Shown: piece after piece, positions 38,354 through 48,475 of the stretch
How the letters are laid out: each line of letters starts with the position of its first letter
Numbering within the stretch: position 1 is the stretch's first letter
Source: Auanema rhodensis
Taxonomy: Eukaryota; Animalia; Nematoda
Direction: 5' to 3'
Assembly (NCBI GenBank): GCA_964057225.1
Contig: OZ059894.1
Coordinates: 13,268,001 to 13,332,000 of the forward strand
Length of the DNA: 64,000 nt
The notes under the pieces: generated by a model
Database searches by the model: none
Told to the model about the DNA's origin: nothing
Seen by the model: the letters and a program-made list of their open reading frames with translations, nothing else
Translations under genes and position numbers: made by a program

Positions 38354-40557
38354 TCATATATCATTTTCTACTGTTTCACATGGAATTTCAGTTCCATATG
38401 CTTCCAAATCTGCTGAATCTTGAGGTGCAAAGTAGAGGCGGTCATCATCCGTGATGACGGGTGTTTCTAAATAACACTTATCTTTGTATGTGTGGTTGCG
38501 ATAAATGTGAATTGGTTCTATTGGCTGACAGGTTGAAACCCGAATAAGATTCCGTCCAATTATTCGAGCCACTATATCATCTCGTTGCATAATAGATCTG
38601 ATAGCAATCGTAGGATTGATATTAAATATAGCTTGCCATGTCTTAATAAGTTCAAGTTGAGCATGACATATGCTGTGATGTTGATGATGAAATTCTTCGA
38701 CCAGTATGGTTCTCATTCGTTCAAATCCATAGTTGAGTTTGTTGATGGTAGTTAATGCATCTCGATGTCGAAGTATAGTATTCTGGTGATCAGTTAAGTG
38801 AGTGCCGAATAATTCTTGAGCTTTCTCTATGCTTCCAATCATGGGTTGCATTGATGTCATCCCTTGAATAGTACTAATTGTTTGTTTTGTTGTAGATGAT
38901 GTATTTACAACAGGTTTTGAGGTAGCACTAAGAAATCGTGCAGTTGGCGTAGTTTTAGTGGTGATAGAGCGACTGAATACTCTTTTTGTAATCTCTTCAG
39001 GTGCTGGTTTTGAAAACCACGACATTAAATCAGTTAATTGTTCAGCGTCAATATTGATGTTACGGCTGTAGAGATCTTCTTTATTCGAAGGCATCGGTAT
39101 TCCAAAAATGGTTTCTCGGTTTCTGAGTGTCCAGTTATCCAACAGCTTTAATTTCATTTCATATACTTGATCTTTCACTTGTCGTTGCATGAAATGACTA
39201 TGAAAGAACAGTTTCATTCGATAATATTCTATCAGTTGAGGTTGAGAATACTGATAGCGTAGTTCACGAAGTAATTCTTTTGCTTTATATACCACAGAAC
39301 GTGGATCTCCAAATGTGAAGTTGAGATGGTTTTGATATACTGTGAATATCAAAAATTCGAGTGGTGGCACATATTCTGTTTCGGATAAGATTGCGAGTAT
39401 TTGTATAAATTCCCATAATTTATCTCTTGCAACCGAAATTGTAGAATTGCCTGGTTTAACTATTCTTTTTATATAATTGATAGGAAGTCGGTGTGCTAGT
39501 TGACCGATGACAAAACTAGGCTCCATTTGTTCGATCCACATTTTTGTAATCATCTTGCTTTCTTCTCCTCCTAGAGCATGTAGTAAGAGAATATTCGGAT
39601 CGCGGAAGTCTTTTAAATTTGCCCAGTAATCTATAGTATGATCAGTAATGTTCAAAATATGGACAGCTGACAGCAAAAATTGATGATATCGAGCAATAAC
39701 AGTCAGGTTTTGATATTCGTTGCTAACTGATTGATAGTGATACCAGTTATGAATATATCGTATGGTATTTCCGCCAGACGTGACAGTATATCTAGCAAAC
39801 GGTAGATCCAATATTTGAATAGGAGTTAACTTATATTCCATTTCTGAGCGAAATGACGCAATTAGGGATGAATTTGTTGAACGTTTATAGCGTTGGCGTG
39901 AAGGATCCATTTGATTATCCAAATAACTTGTTAGATCCGATGTATTGGCATGGTGCTCGGGGTGTGGGTGGTTTCCAAACTACTGAACCATCTCCAAATG
40001 TACAGCTTCCCATTTGAGCTTTACAGCCTTCTGCGTTGACAATTAAGTCAGATACAATAGTATTGTCCTTTAAATTTGTAATAACTCCTCGCTCCATCAC
40101 AAATTGAGTTAAGTTGGCGCATTGAGTAAAACTGAAGAAACGTTCCGGTTCATATACTGGCTTAGGAGCTTCATATGTAAGTGGATTAGCGCTCAACAGT
40201 TTTTCATTTTTCCATTTCTTGTCTCGAGCAGCTATACGGCATTCTTCTACAGATACATATCCATTACCAATGATGGTGTTGTTGCTTTCTCGGAACCAAA
40301 ATTGATCCGTTACACATAATCGATAGATGCGTGTATAACACTTCCACGCTTCCCATGTTACGACGGTTTGTTCAGGAATGAACAATTCAACGTTAACTTG
40401 ATGAGCTTGTTGAATTGCTTTCCGTTGGCATCCTGTTATCTCTGGTGGTGTCATCAGAATTCCTCCTTTATGAGCTAAACATAGTTGATATGAAGCATTC
40501 ACAGTGGGAAGCAGAAATGTGCAGATTATTGTTGTGAGCAGGAATGGTAATGCAATA
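38354..40557 (-). pseudogene. env: gB-like/class III fusion glycoprotein ectodomain (frameshift ~39920, nonsense codon at 38354)
   Basis: Internal signal peptide then YQLC, Cys-rich region, furin-like RYKR|S, SICHAQ..INPTIAIRSIMQRDDIVARIIG..C..CY..TPV..IPC. The TGA is TGG (W) in the 9873-10454 copy. Confidence 0.8.
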
Positions 40558-41582
40558 GTATTTATATTGAATCGAGGTTTCCATCGTCTTTGATTGCCTT
40601 GATTCTCTCTTGGATAATTGTCGCGATTATTCCTAGAAAAGTTGTCTCGATTTTCTCTTTGATAATTGTTGCGAGGTTCTCTCGAATGATGATTACTCTC
40701 CATTGAGTAGTTGTTTCCATAATTTTGTCGAGGGCCAGAGTTCCTGCTGAATTTATTTTTGAAATTCTTCCAAGGGTTTCTTGAATTGTTGCCATTGTTC
40801 CGCTCGAAATCTCGTGGCTGCTGATGGTTCCTTTGGTTCCTATTTTCCTTCATGGTGATCTTCTGAACTGCAGAGATCAACTCTTGCATAGTTGAGTTTT
40901 CTTCATGCTGTTTTTTATAGTTAGCACGAATTGCTTCTTCAAAACGTGCTGTCCTTTTTGCTTCCTCATAAGTCTTCGGATCTTTTCCTTGAACAATTAT
41001 GCCTAAATCAGCGTTCAATCCATTTAAGAAAGCTGATCTTAATATGAGCTCTCTTTCTCGATCAGTTGGGCTCATAATACTGGAAGCCATTTCTTCCAAG
41101 TATGAGGCAAACTGAGTAACAGTTTTCTCTCCTTGCGTCGAGCGTAGCAACTTCGCGATCGTGAAATTCCTTTCCGTGGCAGGGCAAAGTAACTCTGCCA
41201 ATTGTGAAACAAGGTCTTTCCAAGGCCCTCGTTCACGAATTTTGAAAGGAATCGAGTTATATGCAGAGATCGCAGAATCATTCTGCTGAAGCAGCAGAGG
41301 AAGAAGAAAAATTCTTTCAATTACCGAAAGTCCCGCAGCATTCGCGAATCGGTTAAATATATCGATGTACGATCGAAAGCTTCGGCTACCATCGTATTTG
41401 GGGCAGTGTGGACTGCCTAGAACTTTTGTTAAGTTTTTGGTCAACTCTGGAGATGCCATTAAATTAGGCGTTTCTAGAGTTGAATCTCTGTTTGATTGCT
41501 CATGTGGTCTCATGTTGAGTAGGAGCTTCAGAGGTAGTTTTTCGCGCTGGGGAGTTTTTTCTTTTTTCGGTGTTACAGCCAA
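40558..41582 (-). CDS. gag: Gag (capsid domain plus N/R/Q-rich C-terminus); start codon uncertain
   Basis: PKYDGS..F..YI..F; QGEKTVTQFA.YL; FLNGL...L......PKTYEEA. No CCHC knuckle. Confidence 0.85.
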
Positions 41583-43006
41583 GTGTGTTGGCGTTTTTTC
41601 GTCGTCCGATGGACTTAAATCGTTGTCAAACGAGTCGTCACTATCGGGAAAAGGAAATCGAGAAATACGATTTCTCTTGTCTCTTAATCTTTGAGAGGTA
41701 CGGAAAGGCGTATCCGTATAATTATTCTTGGAGGTTGCCGTTTTGGAAAAGGAGGAAAGTCAGAACAATCTACAATGTAAAATAGTGGAATAAGTTAGTA
41801 AACAAGATAAGAATATGAATAGTTAATAGTGAATAAATTAGTGAATAACATGAAAAAAAAATCGAAGAAAAAAAAAAGATATATAATAATATGGGTTGAA
41901 GATTAATTAATTAATGAATTCATAGAAAAACAAACTATAGAGAGGAAAAAAAAAGTGTGAATATAATTAATTGTTAAGATGATGATAGGATATGATTATG
42001 TGACAATGTGATTCATAAATTAGAAAAGTGAGTATGGCGGACAAATCAAAATCTCAATGGTTACTGAATAACAATGAATTACCAAACAAGGCATCTTTCA
42101 AATTCCAAAGTCTTTGTTTCAACTTGAATCAACAATCAAAAAATTATGAGAAGAAGGTTTAAATTCAAATATAACACAGAATAAAGAAATACATAAAAAT
42201 TATAGAAAGAATAATGTACAGAATTATAAAGTATAACATAATCATCGATGGATTGATATCCTAGATGATTTTGTTGAAAGAATAAACAAATCTTATAATC
42301 GGTCAATTAAAATGCGGCCCATTGATGTTAAAGCAAATATATTCATTGAAGAATATGCATCAGCTGTTAAAAGCCGCTTTAAAATTGGTGAAACTGTTCG
42401 CATAAGCAAAAATAGGCGTACTTTTGAAAAAAGCTACGAGTCTGGATATACAATGGAGCTATTCACAATTGATGAGGTTGTAACCGGAAACCCAACCGTG
42501 TATAAACTTGTAGATTATAATGGTGAACGTATAAAGGGAATATTCTATGAGCCTGAACTTGTCTTGGCTACTAATAAAAGCAACCAGTACTATATAGAAA
42601 AAGTTTTGAAAGAGCGTACACGAAATGGTAAACGCCAAGTATTTGTGAAATGGAGTGACTATCCCGACAACTTTAATGAATGGATAGATGCAGAAAATTT
42701 AAATGTATAATTTTCCACTGTTGTTGTAAACAATTGTATTAATAATAAATGATTTATTTGATCAATCGTTCATATTGTAACAATAAAAAACCAGCAAAAC
42801 ATAAAAGGCAAGACAATGATATAACCTATAATTATAAACTGATTAATATTTAAATTTTTAATGCTTACCAGTTGGTTAGAGAGTCGGCTGTTGATGGATA
42901 ATTTCAAACTTCGAAAGCTGGAAAAAAAATGTTACGGCTAAGAAAATTTAAATATAACATAACAAAATCAACCAACTGTCCATTAAACAGTTTGTGCTTG
43001 TTGTAG

Positions 43007-43600
43007 TCAAAACGATGGATCAAAACGGATAAGCATATTCAAGTTGAGCGCCTGTTGACTTAATTTAAAGTAGAACACATTCTGCTTATAACCAAAAGAC
43101 TTGACAGTTGACTCATCAGTATAAATGGCAATGTAACCCATATTATTCAACAATTGTTTTGATGACATGCTAGAATAAGAACGCATCTGTAAAAGAAAAA
43201 ATAATAATTAGAATTAATAATTTTATAATCTTACATTGATTGTTGAATTTTCAGGTTTATAATGACGGAAAACTTTTAAAAGCCCTAAGGCATCATTCCT
43301 CGCTCTACACTTGACACAGAGGCTGAAACAGTGGTACTCGTCTACGACTTGCAATGTATCCCTACAAGTTTTGCAGAGACATATTGGTCTCATAACTACA
43401 GGCTGTTGTGGAGAGCTATCCTTTGAGATTTGTACCTGCTTTTTTGGTGTGTCTAAACAAAAAATAATTGATAACAAAAATTAAACCTTACCAAAGAATG
43501 TGGCAGCAAAGTTGGGTCCTGGTGTGGGTGGTCGTGGAACATCCGGTTCCGGTGTCGAAAGTACAATATTCTCTACATCAACAAGAGCGGAACGCTTCAT
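43007..43600 (-). CDS. Paralog of the three-exon D-box/Cys-cluster Maverick gene
   Basis: MKRSALVDVENIVLSTPEPDVPRPPTP.. / TPKK..MRPICLCKTC..HCFSLCVKC.. / MRSY..LNMLIRFDPSF*, with introns at the same positions. Confidence 0.8.
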
Positions 43601-43710
43601 GTTTGTAGCCCAATTGGAGGCTTTTCCTGAACAACAACGAACTTTTACGTCTAGGGTCCAAGTAGAGTAGAGGAAAGTCCTAGCAGCAGCCTGTTGATGT
43701 TGGATCAGAT

Positions 43711-43822
43711 CGTCGGCTTGTTGGCAGAGGTGGATCGGCGAGAAGACTTGGTGGCGGAGCTGGATCGAAGAGTAGACTTGTTGACAGAGCTGGATCGTAG
43801 AGTCGACTTGTTGGCGGAGCTG
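43711..43822. repeat. 30-bp tandem repeat (about 3.7 copies) in the 5' leader of the paralog
   Basis: Units of the form AGTCGACTTGTTGGCGGAGCTGGATCGAAG. Confidence 0.8.
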
Positions 43823-45341
43823 AAATGCAAATTTCGGTCTAAAAAATTTTGCCACCTTTTATACAAACTTTGTTGTAAAGCTCTACCCACTCCGCCTCTT
43901 TCACAAAACAGTTGACTGCTGGATGCGGCTTTTCTATTTGTTATATATTACAACAAATATATGCATTTATACATTAATTAGCAGTTTGTTGCGCAAACAG
44001 CTGCCAAATGCGCTAAAATACACCGATTGCGCCAACAGTTGCCGGATTAACAACCTGTAAACTATCCGCTTATTAATTACTTGTTACAGCATTCGATTTC
44101 GTAAATACAAATATTTAACAATAATTCAACTCATTTGTGACAAGTCCCTATACAATAACAACTGTCATCCAAAATTGTGGAAGATTACAATAGGATCGTT
44201 TAATATTGTATTCATATTCTTATTATAACAGCTGTGGTACACTCTTACTTTTATAGTTTAGGAAACACTAATTCAAAATGTTGGATCCTACTGAGGAAAC
44301 GCAGGATTGTTGTGAAAAACAGACTTGTACACATCCGATTACAAGTACAACATTTCCAGACACTTTGTAAAAAAGAAACTCTTACAAAATGTTAACACAT
44401 GTTCTAATTTTAAATGAAAATTTATTGTTCAATAAATATATTACGAAACATTTATTCTTTTCTTGAACATAGTTATGAAATACATTAGCTATCAGAACAT
44501 TTATAAACTATTAGGGCTACAACAACAATTACTTTAAAGTAACATTTTTGATGTTAAAAAGTTTGAAAATATTCGTATATACTCATGACCCCTTGGCATA
44601 GTAAGTATTCTTTAGCGTTATGGGTACATATGGTGTACAGCTATTTATCATATTTTTATGAACAAACCATGTGTAGTGCACCTGTTTTAACGATCTTATC
44701 GAATTAACCTTCGATATGTGTTTCATTAAATTTAGTTTAAATATTTAGTACTTCTTATCGAATTGACCTTCGATATGAGTTCCATTGATTAACCCATAAG
44801 AGGTACGGTGAACATATTGATTACCTTTTAAAAATATTTAAATAAATAAAAAACAATATATATGAAAAATAATTTATTCAGTTTTAAAGATACAATTAAA
44901 AAATATATAAATATTAAAATACATTTAAAAAGAAATATTATTAAAAATATATTTAAAAAGAAATATTATTAAAAATATATTTAAAAAGAAATAATTAAAT
45001 AATAAAATTTAAAACATATATAAATATTAAAAATACATTTAAAAAGAAATAATTTTAAAAATATTTACAAATACAATTAACAAATATATAAATTCATTTA
45101 AAATAATACATCAAAAACTAATTAAAAAAAAGATTTTTTAAAAAATCATGCACTTTGATCCATGCGCAGGCTCAAGAGCCTGCCTCGGGAGGAAAATTAT
45201 ATTTTTGACAGCTGACGCCGAAAATATGATTTTGACAGCTGACGCCCCCAAAAATATGTTTTTAGCAGCTGACGCCCTCAAAAGTATGTTTTTAGCAACT
45301 GTTTGGGGGCGTGGTTATTAAATTTGGCATGGCTCTCTACT

Positions 45342-45948
45342 CCTATATCAGTACAAGTGGAAAATGCTGATCCACCATTATTGCCAGAATACAAGCTGCC
45401 ACGCAAGTATAACGATCTGTGGGAAAGATTTCCAGAGGTGCGTACAAACAAAAATAACCAACTTGTGATTAATAATGAGCCCGTACCAAACACAAATATT
45501 ACAAAAATTTTGGATTTTGTACTGGATAAAACAAAGACGGAACCCAATGGATTCTCAGTATTAGCCAAATTCTTAGCCAGTAATGGGGTCTCTAGCCCTA
45601 ACAAGAAGGCAAAAAATGAAGAGCCTGCCGTCAGTAACAAGGATTCAGTTGATCCCGTGCCTACATCCACATCGGCTGTCACAGACTTGGATGCTACTAT
45701 TAATATATTACCTAGAACACCACGTCATCGTAAGGCTGTTATTCGATATTCACCCTCTCCGCGTCGTACATTCAAATCCAAAGCTATAAATAAAAAGGCA
45801 AAACCCGCTGACACTGGTGAATCTTATTACACACCTCAGGCGGGAGAAACACAGAATGGCAAAGGCCGTAAACGATTCTACATTAGATTATGGAAGTAAT
45901 GTTTTGGAGAACATTTATTATAATATTAAGCATTCAGCTTCTTATACG
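45342..45948 (+). mobile_element. 607-bp internal piece of another Maverick (238-aa gene paralog plus integrase start) between two Maverick termini
   Basis: PISVQVENADPPLLPEYKLP...GRKRFYIRLWK, then MAKAVNDSTLDYGSNVLENIYY. Confidence 0.88.
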
Positions 45949-46286
45949 AGTAGAGAGCCGTGCAAAATTTACTAACCACGCCCCCAAACAGCTGTCAAAA
46001 ACATACTTTTGGGGGGCGTCAGCTGCTAAAAACATACTTTTGGGGCGCGTCAGCTGTCAAAAACATATTTTTGTTTCGACTGGAGTCCTTTGAAGCAGGA
46101 GAGCGTAAAACAGGCATGGGTGGTTCAGTGGATTTGAAGTGTAGAGAACGAGAACGCTAGGTTACTTGGACAACGATTTATTCAGAGAGAACTGGTAAAG
46201 ACAACAGTGACAAAAAATAGAAAAGTAGATGAACACAATACGAAGTAAGAATACAAAGTAATATGGAGCAGCAGCAACAGCAGAAC

Positions 46287-47629
46287 GACTTGCGTAGACA
46301 GTTGTGGCACCGTTTTTCTTGAGTCAGAATGGTCTGACGTTCTTTCTTTGTCTTCGGAGTGTCGCAGTCCCAGGGAGCGTGGGGTTTCTGACAGAAGATG
46401 CAGCTTGTTGTTTTTGCTGCTGTTTTTCTCATCTCAGGTCGTGGGCGCTGAGGTGTCGACACGTTGTTGGGCCTTGGGCCTGTGAAGCTGTTTGGACGTT
46501 GGATGGGTTTCTCAAATCGATCAGCAGCAAAGATTTTTACCTTGTTTTGTTGGCGAAGGTATCTTTGAAGTGTCGATACTAGTGTTCCAATACTGGGCCT
46601 TGTGTCGAGCGTTTTGTAGAGCTCTTGAATAATGCTGCCTGGTAGCTTGCTGTGCAGAAGTACAATAGCAAGAGCGTTTAGCGCTTCGTGTGAATTGGTT
46701 TCTGTTTGGCGAAAGATACCGGATATCTTGTCGGCCATGAACAGAAGGTCTCTGTTGCTCGTGGAGCGTGGTTGGATTTGTACGAAATCCAACATTAGGT
46801 GTTGGAGGATGTTGTCGTTGTCATCGTACAAATCATGGAGGAAGCAGACGGCAGCGTCATAGGAGTCTTCGTTCGTTGGGAACGAAGAGAGCTGAGCGGC
46901 TGCTTCACCGACAAGAGATTGACGTAGGTAGTTAAATTTCTCGATTGTCGGTATGTTAGCCGAGTGGATGAGTCGGTTGAACAAACTCCAGAAGTTGCGC
47001 CAGTTCTTCACATTTCCGTCAAACTTAGGGATGTCTACAGGTTTGACCGTGGGTCTCAGTCTGTAGGACTCCCTGTACGCTATTGGTAGCGGTTCGTTTC
47101 CCAACTGAGCTTGAGTCGGTTGGGTGAGGTCTGGCCTCTGAACTTCAGTTGTGAGCGGAATGTTGGCAATGGGCTGGGCAGACGGCGCAGAAGAAGTTTG
47201 TTCTTCTTCCGGGTCTTGAGCTCGCATTGCAGAGACTTGGTCTATTAGCGCGGAGGTATATCCACGTAGGGTGGATATGTGTCTCCGGAGAGTATCCTAG
47301 TTAGCGAGGATTCTCTCTTGATCTTCAGAGTTAAGATCTTCGGTAATATTGTTCAACTCCTCAATGAGGGAGTTGATCATGTTGATGTCAAGGTCAATAG
47401 CCAGCATCTCTTTTTCACGAAGTTCAATCATCCAGGTCATTTTGTTTGACTGGAGATTGATTTGACGAGTCATGAAAGATTTTCGTCGTCCGTCCTGTTT
47501 TTGAAGCTTAGTCAAAAACGAAGTACACCTAGCGATCCAAGCGTTGGCCCGAGAGGTATCGGAAGCCTCGGCCTCATGCACCATGTTTTGACTGGAGTCC
47601 TTTGAAGCAGGAGAGCGTAAAACAGGCAT
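46287..47629 (-). pseudogene. gag: Duplicate gag of the second tandem unit (premature TAG at 47297; truncated by fusion to LTR)
   Basis: Near-identical to 55640-56982; joins LTR sequence through GAC microhomology. Confidence 0.92.
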
Positions 47630-48475
47630 GGGTGGTTCAGTGGATTTGAAGTGTAGAGAACGAGAACGCTAGGTTACTTGGACAACGATTTATTCAGAGA
47701 GAACTGGTAAAGACAACAGTGACAAAAAATAGAAAAGTAGATGAACACAATACGAAGTAAGAATACAAAGTAATATGGAGCAGCAGCAACAGCAGAACGA
47801 CGCCTGGAGCGGTCGTTGGATCAAGAGGTCAAGAATGGGAAAAGCTGCGAGCTTATATACGAATTCTACCGGGCGATATACAATACATATTAATGATGGC
47901 ATGAAGAAATAAAGAAATAATTTACAACAAGAATACGAATTAATATATAATAAATGAAATATAAAATAATCTAGGAATAATAGAAACGTGGGCTGAATAT
48001 TAGAATAGAATAGAATATAGAGAGAATACAGCATTTTGCCACAGATTGAATGTGCCTTCTGCTGTAAGTTGTGGGGGCAGGCTAAGTGTAGATGAGTCAT
48101 GTCTTATCCTGTGCGGCATCTCCCAGATTTTGCAGGATGCGCGAGTGGGCGAATGAGTCATGAGCCATTTAGACCTCGATTGCAACTTACAAGATTATTG
48201 ATTAAGCTAAACGAATTCTTATGATTAAAATAGACTATAGGCAATAAGAGAACAAGATTAACATAAAAGGTTAAGATGGATAGATGTGTTTAAGAGACAA
48301 TAAGGAAGGAACATCTGGTGAGTAATCGGATAAACTTGCATGTGTGTGTGCGGCACGTATGAGTCATAGGTGAATAAAATAGTGGGAATAAAGTGCATCG
48401 TTGTCCAAAAAGAGTATGGGAAAGATGGAGTGCGTTCGCACACTCCCGCCGCCGAATATGCTATAATAGCATTGT

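Larger units (their letters stand above)
33787..42238 (-). mobile_element. Ty3/gypsy (metavirus) endogenous retrovirus-like element, gag-env-pro-pol order; 3' LTR 33787-34186, 5' LTR remnant ~42171-42238
   Basis: TGTTAT...TTACA LTR of 400 bp; PR-RT-RH-IN domain order. Most of the 5' LTR and the PBS are deleted. Confidence 0.93.
42239..45341. mobile_element. Maverick copy B arm (diverged subfamily, inverted): integrase 3' part 42239-42710, spliced gene paralog, TIR ending ...GGCTCTCTACT
   Basis: Integrase chromodomain on plus; reverse-complement terminus at 45341; non-coding arm strongly diverged from copy A. Confidence 0.88.

Noticed and set aside
39915-39935. Programmed frameshift inside env
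   Set aside because: No slippery heptamer is evident and it falls mid-ectodomain; a deletion is more likely.
33787-42238. Clean gypsy insertion with a TSD
   Set aside because: The flanks (AACTG / TAATC) do not match and lie in different Maverick genes; this is a recombinant or deleted structure.
43481-43915. ORFs of 124, 73 and 61 aa
   Set aside because: They are open because of the 30-bp repeat and are absent from the paralogous leader in copy A.
44278-44370. 30-aa Cys-containing micro-ORF in the Maverick B arm
   Set aside because: Single occurrence, no counterpart in copy A, too short to support.
25741-45341. A single intact 19.6-kb Maverick bounded by TIRs
   Set aside because: The flanks differ (CGTGAT versus CCTATA), both ends are the integrase-proximal arm, and they belong to diverged subfamilies.
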